NCBI GenBank assembly: GCA_035291405.1
Contig: DATDSD010000048.1
Span: 1-42,344, forward strand
DNA from: Patescibacteria group bacterium
GTDB taxonomy: Bacteria; Patescibacteriota; Microgenomatia; UBA8517
Length of the DNA stretch: 42,344 bases
Reading direction: 5' to 3'
The first letter of the stretch is position 1, and the number at the start of each line of letters is the position of its first letter. The translations under genes were made by a program, and so were the position numbers. The notes under the pieces are model-generated. The model made no database searches. It worked only from the letters and a program-made list of their open reading frames with translations, and had not been told where the DNA came from. Shown here one piece after another: positions 9,705 through 19,916 of this stretch.

Positions 9705-10396
9705 AATTTTGAATAGCTAATAAGTCTACTATAAATTTGATAAATTCCATAGATAATACCCTTTTTACCATCTAAGAAACATAATTCTTTTACAAACCTC
9801 AAAAAGAATTCTCTTAGGGCAACGGATATGAAACGAATTAAATTCATTTTTGGATGATTTGATTTAAATAACAAATCTCCTTCTATTTCAGACCATTTAT
9901 TGGTTTTTTCTATCATTTCATTAATTGTCATATCTTTATGATGAACAATTGAATTTTCAAGGTGTGCCAATTTACCAGCAAAAATTGGTTCTTCATGCAA
10001 ATCCCCCACCCATTTATTAAAAGTTTCTTTTCTGAAAAGTCTTTTTTGATAATCTGGCCATTGACCACCGTGCTTAAATTCCTGACCAAAAATAAAATTC
10101 CTACGAGGTATTGCGTATGCATTATTTTTGATATTTGAATTTTTAATAATTTTTATTATTTCATCTTTAAGTGCTGAGGTAACTTCTTCATCAGAATCTA
10201 TATATAAAATCCAACTGCCTTTAGATAACTGTAACCCTTTATTTCTCCATTTATCAAAACTTCCATTTAATTTTATTGTATCAACAGTAATTATCTCATC
10301 AGCAAAGGAAACAGAACTTAGACATTTTTTTAAAAGATCTTTATTTATCTTTCCACCCAGAAGAATTATTACTGAGAGGTCTAACGTTTTGCCCAT
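9671..10396 (-). CDS. small GT2 glycosyltransferase (WaaE/KdtX-like type)
   Basis: 241 aa. LSVIILLGG...IITVD...YIDSDEE...GGQWPDYQKRLFRK...LHEEP. Confidence 0.65.
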   Translation of the reverse strand: MGKTLDLSVIILLGGKINKDLLKKCLSSVSFADEIITVDTIKLNGSFDKWRNKGLQLSKGSWILYIDSDEEVTSALKDEIIKIIKNSNIKNNAYAIPRRNFIFGQEFKHGGQWPDYQKRLFRKETFNKWVGDLHEEPIFAGKLAHLENSIVHHKDMTINEMIEKTNKWSEIEGDLLFKSNHPKMNLIRFISVALREFFLRFVKELCFLDGKKGIIYGIYQIYSRLISYSKLWEKQLSTIRT

Positions 10397-11325
10397 TGCC
10401 CCATTCCTTTTTTTCCTAAAAGTGCATCAACCGCACCCCATTTTTGCCATGTTCTACCCATAAAAATAAGTCTAATAGTGTCTCTTAAAACTGCGAACTT
10501 AGTTCTTAATTTTGCATACCTTAGTGCAAAGTAGAATCTATTTCTAGTTAAAAAATAATCGTTTGTTGGGCTTCCGGAACCACCTGTTGAAGCTGAAACT
10601 TTATGCCACATACAAGTTGTTGGCACATAATAGGTTTTAAAGCCCTTACTTTTTGCTTTCATTGAAAAATCTGGATCTTCCCAATAAAGGAAAAATGATG
10701 GATCAAGGAAACCTACTTTTTTGAAAACTTCTCTTTTAATAATTAGGACCGCTCCATTTGCAAAATCTGTCTCTTCAATCTTGTCATATTGACCAATGTC
10801 TACTTCATCAACTCCTCTATGAGGGGAATATATATTGTCCCAGTCAAGTATTCCACCAGCATACCAAATAATTTTTCCTAGTTCTTTATTTTTATATCTG
10901 TCTTTGTGAAATTCGTACCCTGAAGCAAAATACATTTTAGGAGATGCTATACCAGCGTCGGGGGTTTTCTCCATAAAATCAACCAACTTAACTACCATAT
11001 CAGAAGGAACTATCACATCATTATTGAGTAGTATTATATAATCAGCTCCTCTTTTTAATGCATCTTTAATACCATAATTATTTCCTCCAGCGTAACCCCT
11101 ATTGGCTCCACTTTGAATAAACTTATATTTCATATTGGGTAGGCTATAATTTTTAAGTTCATTCTCTGTTCCATCTGAAGAATTATTGTCAACTACTATA
11201 CACTCAAGATTAAGGTTTCCCGATTTAAGCACGGCAATATCCTTTAACTCCTCTTTAGTCATAGCAAGAGCATTGGTTGTTAAAATTATTATTGAGACTG
11301 AAGGCTTCTTTTTATTTTTAACCAT
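10381..11325 (-). CDS. GT2 glycosyltransferase (WbbL-like subfamily)
   Basis: 314 aa. VSIIILTTN...VVDNNSSDGT...NRGYAGGNNYG...LLNNDV...FFLYWEDPDFSMKA. 37-nt overlap with the upstream gene and no alternative in-frame start nearby. Confidence 0.8.
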   Translation of the reverse strand: MVKNKKKPSVSIIILTTNALAMTKEELKDIAVLKSGNLNLECIVVDNNSSDGTENELKNYSLPNMKYKFIQSGANRGYAGGNNYGIKDALKRGADYIILLNNDVIVPSDMVVKLVDFMEKTPDAGIASPKMYFASGYEFHKDRYKNKELGKIIWYAGGILDWDNIYSPHRGVDEVDIGQYDKIEETDFANGAVLIIKREVFKKVGFLDPSFFLYWEDPDFSMKAKSKGFKTYYVPTTCMWHKVSASTGGSGSPTNDYFLTRNRFYFALRYAKLRTKFAVLRDTIRLIFMGRTWQKWGAVDALLGKKGMGQWAKR

Positions 11326-12200
11326 ATTGTTTTAATAAAATTATTACTTTCCCTAATTTCTGATTCAACAAACCACCAATTTATTTCTCTAAATGATTTT
11401 CTAAACTCTGGTTCAATTTCCGACAGACTGATTTTTTTCTTTTTGAAATCTTGTTTTTGCCAAAGTTTGGTATAAAGAACAACTTCGGACAATGACTGTA
11501 AAAGTGAAAGGGCCAAACCATGTAAACCGTCTTTATATCCACTCTCATAAAAGTATCGCCTTAGAAATTCCGATAGAGGTTTTCCTATTAACATAGTCCA
11601 AACAAATTCGACTCCTTTTCTATTAAGTTCCCTTGCCTGGACCGTGGTATATCTGTTCATTCTGGTTACATATTCCTCCAAAGATGAATAGGCTTTGTGT
11701 TTTATGGCCAATTCCTCACTTATTGGTAAATCATAACCTTTGCCAGTAGTCATTGGAACCGAATGAATTACTTGATTCCATGAAACACTTCCCCTTTTAA
11801 AAAATCTTATATTCATATCCGGCCACCAACCTGTGTGTTTCATCCACTTCCCAAAAATAATATTCTTTCTGGGAATTCTATAAAAGTCAGCAACAGGTTT
11901 TTTTACTTCTTTTTTTAGAAAAAGTTTTAAACTTTCTGACAATTCTTCATCTGGATCTAAAAGTATTATCCACTCATTTTTAGCCTTACTGATGGCAAAA
12001 TTTCTAGCAGGCTCGACAAATTGAAGTTTTTTATGCCTAAATACTTTTGCACCAAAACTTTTAGCAATCTCACGAGTTGTGTCAGTTGACATCATATCTA
12101 CAACAACTATTTCATTAGCAAAACCCTTTAAAGAAGATAAAGTTCTGGTTAACCTTCTTTCTTCATTATAGGTATTGATTACTGCTGAGATTTTAGGCAT
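11289..12200 (-). CDS. GT2 glycosyltransferase (WaaE/KdtX-like type)
   Basis: The ORF track begins at a TTG (12230). I prefer ATG 12200 (MPKISAVINTYNEE), which lies 9 nt downstream of a perfect TGTTATAAT. VVVDMMSTDTT...LDPDEE...GWWPDMNIRFF. Same subtype as 9671-10396. Confidence 0.7.
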   Translation of the reverse strand: MPKISAVINTYNEERRLTRTLSSLKGFANEIVVVDMMSTDTTREIAKSFGAKVFRHKKLQFVEPARNFAISKAKNEWIILLDPDEELSESLKLFLKKEVKKPVADFYRIPRKNIIFGKWMKHTGWWPDMNIRFFKRGSVSWNQVIHSVPMTTGKGYDLPISEELAIKHKAYSSLEEYVTRMNRYTTVQARELNRKGVEFVWTMLIGKPLSEFLRRYFYESGYKDGLHGLALSLLQSLSEVVLYTKLWQKQDFKKKKISLSEIEPEFRKSFREINWWFVESEIRESNNFIKTIWLKIKRSLQSQ

Positions 12201-12209
12201 ATTTAGAAT

Positions 12210-12218
12210 ATTATAACA
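12210..12218 (-). promoter_or_regulatory. extended -10 TGTTATAAT, 9 nt upstream of ATG 12200
   Basis: Minus strand: TGTTATAAT ATTCTAAAT ATG. Confidence 0.45.
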
Positions 12219-12239
12219 GTTTCGAATCAAACCTGTATG

Positions 12240-13994
12240 CTATTTGTTAGAAAATATAGTAACTTCTTTATTCTCAAAAATCTTTGTTAAACCTAGTTGA
12301 GAATCTCCCAAATATGCATGTTGATAGGTATTTCCTGGTAGGTTTTTTAACCAGTAAACATAGGCTATATTATTATCTTTTAAAAATTGCCTTGCCTTTT
12401 TCTCGTCAGATTCTTCATACCAGTCTAAAACGTCTTGTCTTCGTTTTTTCCAATCATAACCCATTATGTTTAAATTTACTTCGTCTTCTAAAAATACATC
12501 TTTTTGGGAAAAGGCAGACACATAAGCTGTTGATTCATATAGAAAAAGTGGTCTTGGTGGGTTACTCTCCGCCTGTTTTGCCATAATAGCATCAAATGGA
12601 TAAGTAAGGACTACACCTTGCGGTTGGTCTTTTAAAAAATCTAAAGCTTCCATTTCAAGGGTTGATATCTTCGCCTGTGGCATTAGTGGTAAATAGTGTT
12701 GCATGGTAGACCAAACTCCTAAGATCGTAAATAATAATATAAAAATTATCAAAAATCTTCTAAACACGTATTTAAGCTTTTCCAAAAGTAAACTCGTTGA
12801 AATACCGGCAAGGATTGAGAAGAAAAATAAATAATAGTAAAAAAATTGAATAGTATTCCAAGGAGTTCCTCTTTGAACGAAAAACATGGGAATTAAAATA
12901 GCTGCGATTAATATTGAGAAAATAAATATCATTACATCATTAATCTTTTCTTTTCTTTTTAGAATTCTTACTACAAAATCAAAACCGATAATTCTTAACC
13001 CCATATTTCCAATTATAAAAATAATAAATGATATTCCGTAAAAAATTATTCCCTTAAGCCAAATTTTTCCCATCTTATAAGTAGTCATTGCAGAATAAAA
13101 CTTCTCCCAACCCAATCTGTCAGAATAAGACATTAGTGTTTCCAAAAACCAAAATGGTTGCCACTGAATAGAATTTGAAGCTTCTTTATTAAATGGAATA
13201 AATAATAATATAGATATCAAAATCGAAGAAAGGAAAAGATACAATATTTTTGGACTTCTTTTAAAAGTAATGTTGTATATTGCAACCAGAAAGAGTCCCC
13301 CCAAAACAAGTAGACCGGCATAAACTTTAATCTGGATTAATAAACCAAACATTAAAGCGATTAGTATAAAATATTTAATGGAAGAATTTTTTAAGTATTT
13401 TATTAAGAACAAGAGCCCCCAGAGTATAAAAATTAAGGATAGTGCAAATGGAGGATTTATAAGCGTTGAGGAAGACTGAGAAGACCAAAACATAGATTCA
13501 CCAGTAATTACCCTATCCCTTAAGTATGTAACGACAAACCCAAAACTGCTGCCAAAAAAAACAAAAAATAAAGCCCATAAACTTTCATTTGTTGATCTTC
13601 TCCATTCGTATACAAATTTATAAACCAATATACCTATAAGGATTGAAAAGATAATGGGTAAAATCTGAAAATAAAGAATACTTATAGGAATACTAGTTAT
13701 TTTATTTAGTAAAGCAAGCAATAAATCAAAACCGAGATGATAATTTTTTAAAGCAAAACCTGAAAAAACAGGGTTATCTAAACTTCCTCTTGAGAGGGAT
13801 TCTGCTAGTGCAATGTGCCAAATGCCATCATGCCCATTTGCGCCCCAGAAACCAACACCGTAAGGATAATTTAATCCATTTCTGACCATGGTCAAAGACC
13901 ACAATAAAACACCAACGATAAAGGTTATTATTGTAAAATAGTAGGGTCTATTTTTTTGTATTGTTATCCGAATTTTACTTATTTTTGTCCCCAT
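12240..13994 (-). CDS. large polytopic membrane protein with C-terminal extracytoplasmic domain (GT-C-like or polymerase/ligase-like; function unresolved)
   Basis: 584 aa with more than 10 hydrophobic helices. N-terminal loop GANGHDGIWHIALAESLSRGS. About 130 aa of soluble C-terminus (LDFLKDQPQGVVLTYPFD...). No motif I can assign firmly. Confidence 0.4.
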   Translation of the reverse strand: MGTKISKIRITIQKNRPYYFTIITFIVGVLLWSLTMVRNGLNYPYGVGFWGANGHDGIWHIALAESLSRGSLDNPVFSGFALKNYHLGFDLLLALLNKITSIPISILYFQILPIIFSILIGILVYKFVYEWRRSTNESLWALFFVFFGSSFGFVVTYLRDRVITGESMFWSSQSSSTLINPPFALSLIFILWGLLFLIKYLKNSSIKYFILIALMFGLLIQIKVYAGLLVLGGLFLVAIYNITFKRSPKILYLFLSSILISILLFIPFNKEASNSIQWQPFWFLETLMSYSDRLGWEKFYSAMTTYKMGKIWLKGIIFYGISFIIFIIGNMGLRIIGFDFVVRILKRKEKINDVMIFIFSILIAAILIPMFFVQRGTPWNTIQFFYYYLFFFSILAGISTSLLLEKLKYVFRRFLIIFILLFTILGVWSTMQHYLPLMPQAKISTLEMEALDFLKDQPQGVVLTYPFDAIMAKQAESNPPRPLFLYESTAYVSAFSQKDVFLEDEVNLNIMGYDWKKRRQDVLDWYEESDEKKARQFLKDNNIAYVYWLKNLPGNTYQHAYLGDSQLGLTKIFENKEVTIFSNK

Positions 13995-14845
13995 GCTTCA
14001 ATTTCACCGGTATATGCTTTAAATGCAATATCTTTGATTTTTGACTTAGAAATTAATTTCAATAAATTTTCAAATACAAATGGAGAATAGTATTTTAATC
14101 GATTAAGAACATACTCTATGCTTAAAACATGATAGGTCCTTCTTGTTTCAATATTTTTGTATCCCGTTTTTTCTAATGCCAATCGCAATGATTTTTGAGA
14201 AAAATACATAATGTGTTCGCCTGGTTTGTAATGGTACCAAAGACCCTTTAATAATTTATGCCATAGGCCACCGACATCCGGAGTAACCAAAAAAATATAA
14301 CCTTTGCTTTTTAATAATTTATAGGATGTTCTAAGTTCATAAAGAGGATCTTCAACATGCTCTATAACATCTTGATATGCGATTGCATCAAATGAATTTG
14401 GTTTAAAATCTGCTTTATCTAATGTTGTATTTTTAACATCCAACCCTCTTTTTTTTGCAAACTCGTATGCAAATTTTGAAACTTCAACACCGTAAATATC
14501 TTTCCAACCTTCTTCCTTAGCAGCCATTAAACAATCCCCCAAGGCACAGCCAACATCTAAAAAATTTTTCTTTCCGCCGATTCTTTTTTGTAATTTATTA
14601 AGTCTGTCTGTAAATGTCTTTCTATTAACTCTCATGCCTTCATAATAATTTGCATATCCGCCTTTTGGATTTTGGTTTTGAAAGTAAGATTTATCATACT
14701 GAGCCAAAACATTTTCAGAAGGAAAAAAGTCCCAAACAAATGAACAATTATTACACTTAGCCAATTTATATCCATGCATAGCCCAATACTCTAAAGTATT
14801 TTTGTTTCCACAAATCAAGCAAACATGTTTATTTTGTTTAATCAT
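13979..14845 (-). CDS. class I SAM-dependent methyltransferase with N-terminal zinc ribbon
   Basis: 288 aa. CLICGNKN...CNNCSF (CxxC x2), then SAM motif I FLDVGCALGDCL and post-I/II AYQDVIEHVEDP. Confidence 0.75.
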   Translation of the reverse strand: MIKQNKHVCLICGNKNTLEYWAMHGYKLAKCNNCSFVWDFFPSENVLAQYDKSYFQNQNPKGGYANYYEGMRVNRKTFTDRLNKLQKRIGGKKNFLDVGCALGDCLMAAKEEGWKDIYGVEVSKFAYEFAKKRGLDVKNTTLDKADFKPNSFDAIAYQDVIEHVEDPLYELRTSYKLLKSKGYIFLVTPDVGGLWHKLLKGLWYHYKPGEHIMYFSQKSLRLALEKTGYKNIETRRTYHVLSIEYVLNRLKYYSPFVFENLLKLISKSKIKDIAFKAYTGEIEAWGQK

Positions 14846-14848
14846 TTG

Positions 14849-16315
14849 CTAATTTCGATTAAAAATGGTTTTAAAGCTTTTTTTAGCATCTTCAACTAAA
14901 CTTACCCCAATCATCGAAACTATTGAGACTGCATAGGTAATTACTCCTGCTAGAGTTAGAATTCCTAATGAATAAAAACTCACTGATAAGAATTTCTTAA
15001 GAAAAATCAAAACTAAAAACATAATTAAAGATGCAACTAACGGTTTAATTATTGAATCATAGATTGAAAAATTAACATATTTTTTAGCGATATATATAGC
15101 AACGATTGAAGAAAGTCCCACCAAACTATATCCAATAGATGCTCCATTTACTCCAAACTTAATCGCCAACAGTGGTATAAGCGCCCAAGTTAATACTGTC
15201 CACATAATCATTAAGTAAAAAGTTATTTTAATTTTACCAATAGCATTTAATAAATTAGTTAATTGAGTAGTAGCGGCCGCAAATGCAAAGTTAATTGATA
15301 CAAAGATTAAAGGAACTAGTGCAATGGTCCATTTATTATATTTAGGAATAAGTTCTACAATCCAAGGCATTAATATAATAATTCCCACTAAACTTGGAAA
15401 AACCAGTAAACAAATGAAAAATATCGATCTTGTTACACTTCGTTCCAAATGATCCTTTTCTAATTGTAATCTGGAAAAAGCAGGAAAGGTAACACGTGTA
15501 ACTGTATCCATAAAAAAGGTTAGCGGTAATCGCGCTACTTTTTGAGCAAAGGAAAGTACACCAATACCAATCGGGCCAATAATTCCACCCAATATAAGTA
15601 CCATTCCATCATCTTTAAATGTAGCTAGAAGAGTATTTACTTGATATGGAACACCAAATTTAAATAATCCCTTTAAGGTTGATGTAGAAAAAGCAAATCC
15701 TAGTCTCCAAGGCTGAATCCAATAAATTGTAACTAGGCCAACTAAACTTCTAACAACAACTGCAATAGTAAAACTGGTAATACCAAATCCTTTCATTGCT
15801 AAAAATACTAAAATAATATTATAAACAAATGTTTCTAATATTTGAGGGAAAACTAATTTAACAAACTCTAATTTTCTTTCCAATAAAACAGATGGAATAC
15901 TTTTAAAAGAAGATATCCAAAGTGAAAAACCTAATGCATATAAAAGATATTTTCCAGAAACCGTAAGAGAATAGTGACTTACAATTAATGGTGAAAAGAA
16001 AATCAGTAAGATGAGAAGTATTAACATCAGAATTTGTTGAACAGTGAAGGTTGTTTTAAGGTCAGTTTCGGATGGAGCATCCTTTTTCTGAATGAGAGCA
16101 GCTGCTAAACCAATATCAGAGAAATATGTCAAAAAATTAACAACCGCAGAAACTATTGCAAAAACTCCAAATTCACTAACACCAAGATAAGCAAAAAGAA
16201 GAAGTTGTGCAACTAGCGAGACAATTTGTAAAACCAAAGTCCTGCCAGTTAAAACAACCACTCCCCTGACAGATCGCGATTTTACATCATGAATTGACAA
16301 GTTTTCATTATCCAC
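14849..16315 (-). CDS. Wzx-like oligosaccharide flippase (MOP/polysaccharide biosynthesis protein family)
   Basis: 488 aa, about 12-14 TM. The N-terminal pattern RGVVVLTGRTLVLQIVSLVAQLLLFAYLGVSEFGVFAIV is typical of Wzx/RfbX-type proteins. GTG start at 16315. Confidence 0.65.
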   Translation of the reverse strand: MDNENLSIHDVKSRSVRGVVVLTGRTLVLQIVSLVAQLLLFAYLGVSEFGVFAIVSAVVNFLTYFSDIGLAAALIQKKDAPSETDLKTTFTVQQILMLILLILLIFFSPLIVSHYSLTVSGKYLLYALGFSLWISSFKSIPSVLLERKLEFVKLVFPQILETFVYNIILVFLAMKGFGITSFTIAVVVRSLVGLVTIYWIQPWRLGFAFSTSTLKGLFKFGVPYQVNTLLATFKDDGMVLILGGIIGPIGIGVLSFAQKVARLPLTFFMDTVTRVTFPAFSRLQLEKDHLERSVTRSIFFICLLVFPSLVGIIILMPWIVELIPKYNKWTIALVPLIFVSINFAFAAATTQLTNLLNAIGKIKITFYLMIMWTVLTWALIPLLAIKFGVNGASIGYSLVGLSSIVAIYIAKKYVNFSIYDSIIKPLVASLIMFLVLIFLKKFLSVSFYSLGILTLAGVITYAVSIVSMIGVSLVEDAKKSFKTIFNRN

Positions 16316-16321
16316 AGCTAA

Positions 16322-16330
16322 ATTGTAACA
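16322..16330 (-). promoter_or_regulatory. extended -10 TGTTACAAT, 6 nt upstream of GTG 16315
   Basis: Minus strand: TGTTACAAT TTAGCT GTG. Confidence 0.45.
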
Positions 16331-16339
16331 TCTTGAGGG

Positions 16340-17917
16340 TTACTTTTTTAGTTCAAAAAGATAAAGCTCTTCTTGTGGACCATATATGCCGTATTGATCT
16401 GAATCTGTAAGTCTTAAAGCTTTTGGAAACTTTCTAATTAATGTGAAACCCTGTTCTTCCGCATCCGCCCTAAATCTTGATTTATTAATAACCAAATAGG
16501 TTTTATTTCCTGCCTCAATCGACTCTTTTAAGCTTTTTGGTGTGTCAACAATAATAACACCCACACCTATAACGATAACGTTATCAAGATCATTTAGATA
16601 TATTTGTAATCCATCTGGCAAAGTACCGAAATATCCTTCTGTACCAACAACTATTTGTTTTCCTGGATTTTTTGCTTCCTCGTCTTTTAAGTAATCTGCA
16701 ACTTCTTTTATACCTTGTCCTGCAGTCCATTCTTCCAAATACCCAGATCTTTCTCCTCTTGGAAGATTTGCTTTTTCAGGATTGTTCCAAAGATAATAGT
16801 TAAATTGCATAGCCTGAAAAATAAATATAACCAATATAAAAGCAATAAACCTCTTTAAGATTCTTGATTCAGTTAAGAAAGCCATCGCCACAATAATAAA
16901 AAGGTATGGAAAGATAAAAAACATGTATCTAGCTGTAAATACTCTAGCTAATTCTGACTGAATAAATAAAGGGAAGATTGACCAAAGAAGTAAAATAAAA
17001 GCTTCTTTAATATATTTCTTTAATCCAAAATATATACCCAAGAAAAATAACGGGATCAACATAAATGGACCCATTTTAATAATCCAAACTCCAAAATCTT
17101 TTAAGTATGGAATTAATGGATCAAAAAAATTAGTCCATATATGACTAACCGGCAATACATAGTCCCCTGTTCTAGAGTTTAATAACTCAAAATTGGGCCC
17201 AAGTCTTTGGATATTATACATACCAAAAGCTAAGACATAGGTGACTGTTAGAAGCGCAGAAAGTTTAAAAAATTGAGTTACTATTTCATTTTTCTTTTTT
17301 GACCAAGGAATTAGTACCCAAAAGCTTGGCAAAAGAATTGCAAAAAATATTGCAGGTGATTTAGTTAACACAGCAAATCCTAAGAAAAATCCTGTAATTA
17401 ATGCAAGATCAAGTCTTTTATATCTTGCAGTTAAGACACCAAAAATAGCTGTCCAGATACCAAACATTGAAAGCATTGAATCAACTAAAGCCATTCTGTC
17501 AAAAAATACAGCAAACGGTGAAACACTGTAAAGAAAAGTTGAAATTAATGAAACTTTCTTATTCTTTAGTAAAAGATAGCTTAAAGTAAATATCCCTACA
17601 ATTGTTCCTAAACCAGTAACAATTGAAACTAATCTACCAATGAATAAAGGGTCAGAAAAATATTTAATGAGAAACATTAAAACCCACATAAACATAGGTT
17701 GTTTACCATCAGATAAAGGTAAAAATCTTAAAGTGGGTTCATTTGCCATTACCTGTGCCCACCTAACATAAATTGCTTCATCAACAAAAATTGGCAATTT
17801 CGTGAGATTGTAAAATCTAACAAAAAATCCAATCAAAATAATTGCAAGCAACCCAAACCCTGTCCAGTTCCATTCACGAAATATTTTTTTGAAGTCCATA
17901 TAATCAAATATTATCAC
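16340..17917 (-). CDS. ArnT/PMT_2-like GT-C glycosyltransferase
   Basis: 525 aa. RFYNLTKLPIFVDEAIYVRWAQ (acidic DE motif in the first periplasmic loop), many TM helices and a C-terminal soluble domain. The track start is GTG 17917. ATG 17899 (MDFKKIF) is an alternative, preceded by TGTGATAAT/TGATAATAT. Confidence 0.6.
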   Translation of the reverse strand: MIIFDYMDFKKIFREWNWTGFGLLAIILIGFFVRFYNLTKLPIFVDEAIYVRWAQVMANEPTLRFLPLSDGKQPMFMWVLMFLIKYFSDPLFIGRLVSIVTGLGTIVGIFTLSYLLLKNKKVSLISTFLYSVSPFAVFFDRMALVDSMLSMFGIWTAIFGVLTARYKRLDLALITGFFLGFAVLTKSPAIFFAILLPSFWVLIPWSKKKNEIVTQFFKLSALLTVTYVLAFGMYNIQRLGPNFELLNSRTGDYVLPVSHIWTNFFDPLIPYLKDFGVWIIKMGPFMLIPLFFLGIYFGLKKYIKEAFILLLWSIFPLFIQSELARVFTARYMFFIFPYLFIIVAMAFLTESRILKRFIAFILVIFIFQAMQFNYYLWNNPEKANLPRGERSGYLEEWTAGQGIKEVADYLKDEEAKNPGKQIVVGTEGYFGTLPDGLQIYLNDLDNVIVIGVGVIIVDTPKSLKESIEAGNKTYLVINKSRFRADAEEQGFTLIRKFPKALRLTDSDQYGIYGPQEELYLFELKK

Positions 17918-17956
17918 AAATAAATAAACTATTTTAATCTTAATTCGAAAGAATAA

Positions 17957-18521
17957 TTATTGCATTAGAAGTTTTAATAATACGGGAATTTCAAAAACAC
18001 CATCTTCTGCAGAAAAATGACCTTTTTTATCTTCAACAATAATCTCTGCATTAAAGTTATCTTTAAATAATTTTTTATTAATTTAAAAAAGGTACTACAG
18101 GATCATCTTTAGAAAAAATACAAATAACCTTTTCCACTTTTTCTTTTATATTTTTCATATTTACATCAAATTTTAACCACGGTTCTGCCAATAATTTTTC
18201 TTCATTAGTTGATAAATTTAAATACCACCATGGCGCAACTAAAATAAGTCTATCTGCTTTTTGATCGGTGGAAACAGTATTCAAAAATCTTAAAATTGTT
18301 TGACAACCAATTGAATGACCAATAAAAATATCATCATCCTTAATTTCACCAACAACTTCATGCAATTTATTCACCCATAAACCAATTTTTGGATAATTAG
18401 TATCAGGCATTTCAGGTACAACCACCTCAAATCCTAAATTTGAAATTTCTTTTTTTGCCCAAGGAAACCATTCCTTCTTTGGATTTCCTCCCCAACCGTG
18501 AATTATAAAAACCCTAGACAT
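17957..18521 (-). pseudogene. YdeN/RBBP9-like alpha/beta serine hydrolase interrupted by a +1 frameshift
   Basis: The 147-aa ORF (18078-18521) has VFIIHGWGGNP and the nucleophile elbow GHSIGC but stops at ...DPVVPFLN*. The missing C-terminus (NKKLFKDNFNAEIIVEDKKGHFSAEDGVFEIPVLLKLLMQ*, with the family GHF histidine) continues in the +1 frame to TAA 17957-17959. The switch lies within CCTTTTTTAAATTAAT (about 18072-18087). Confidence 0.6.
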
Positions 18522-18536
18522 TTATATATATTAGTA

Positions 18537-19913
18537 TTATATCCCCTGCCAGATTAGACCGATGCCATCAAACTGTTTCATTCCTCTCATACCATCAAAT
18601 CCGTCAGGAAGAATTATTGAAAATATTTTAGTCTCTCCTTTTTGAGGGGGTATGTCAGCCTTAATTCCATAATAATCAAAAATAAACTTAAAACCAAATT
18701 GGTCACCAGGTTTTATGCTTAACGATATTCCATAATTTTCTTTTCCACCCTTAGAAATTATAAACTCGGTAACATCAATTTTTGATTTAAGACTCCAACT
18801 TCTTTTGTAACTGTACCACGTTTTAAAATTAAGGTACGTGGCTACAACTAAAATTATTATTAAAATAATTCTTTTTTCTGATATTTTCTTTAACAGAAAA
18901 CCCAACATAAATATAAGAGATGGGATAGTCATCATCAAATAATATTCTGAAAATTTTCCCTGTTGTATGTAAAAAAATGACGATGGGAAAATTGTTGTGA
19001 TCAAGAGAAGAAGTGCTAGTTTTTTACTGTTTTTATCTCTAAGTAAGCTAATACAATTTACCAAAATCAATGCAAAAAAGCCTTTTATAATAAAACTGTC
19101 CAAAATATTTACACTTCTTGGATAAACTAGAGAAACTACGTTATACGCCAAAGTGTTTATAATTTTTCCAAACCCCACAAAATAAAGAGCACCATCACCC
19201 TTTGTAATTTCTAGAATCCTTTTAATATTTATAAAATTATGAGTTATATCAAAAAGTATATTTGGAGACAAACCAACAAATAAAATACATAAAGAATGTA
19301 AAACTATTGAAAGTCTTGGCTTAACAGGTCTCACAAATACTAAATAGATGAAAATAGACAAAAAGCTCAAAAATATACCAAAATGAGATTGAAAACCTAA
19401 AATAAATCCTGTTGTCATTAGTAAATAACCAAAATCATTCTCTTTAGAAATATATGCACCCCAGAGAAAAACTATCTGGGAAATAAAAAAAAGAGACGGT
19501 GCCCAGGGACTTTGGTCCCATGTTATTAAGTTAAATGAAATTGAGGTTAAAAATAAAAGAATAAAAGAAACTTTTTTATCAATAAATTTATTCGTAAATA
19601 AGAAAACTGCATATACTGTTATAACTCCAAGAATTACACTCAAAACTGCTCCTGAAATCGGGTTGTCATCAAAAAAATAAGAAACCGCACTTGTAAGATA
19701 GACATATCCAGGCCCAATGGAAAAGTCTCCAACAGATGTTTTGGGCCCAAGTAAAGCTAAGTCTCCATTCAATATTTCTTTTGCACGATAGGCGATCCAC
19801 TCCTGATCTGCGTCAAACATGGTTCTCTCTGGAAGTTTATAGAAACGTAAAAACGTTCCTAAGATAATAAAAAAAATAACTAAAAGATTATTAAAAGTAA
19901 TAAATCGTCTCAT
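18537..19913 (-). CDS. GT-C-type membrane glycosyltransferase, paralog B1 (ArnT/PMT_2-like)
   Basis: 458 aa. RFYKLPERTMFDADQEWIAYRAKEIL..LLGPKTSVG..GPGYVYL; later LFDITHNF. Soluble C-terminal domain. Confidence 0.55.
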   Translation of the reverse strand: MRRFITFNNLLVIFFIILGTFLRFYKLPERTMFDADQEWIAYRAKEILNGDLALLGPKTSVGDFSIGPGYVYLTSAVSYFFDDNPISGAVLSVILGVITVYAVFLFTNKFIDKKVSFILLFLTSISFNLITWDQSPWAPSLFFISQIVFLWGAYISKENDFGYLLMTTGFILGFQSHFGIFLSFLSIFIYLVFVRPVKPRLSIVLHSLCILFVGLSPNILFDITHNFINIKRILEITKGDGALYFVGFGKIINTLAYNVVSLVYPRSVNILDSFIIKGFFALILVNCISLLRDKNSKKLALLLLITTIFPSSFFYIQQGKFSEYYLMMTIPSLIFMLGFLLKKISEKRIILIIILVVATYLNFKTWYSYKRSWSLKSKIDVTEFIISKGGKENYGISLSIKPGDQFGFKFIFDYYGIKADIPPQKGETKIFSIILPDGFDGMRGMKQFDGIGLIWQGI

Positions 19914-19916
19914 TCA

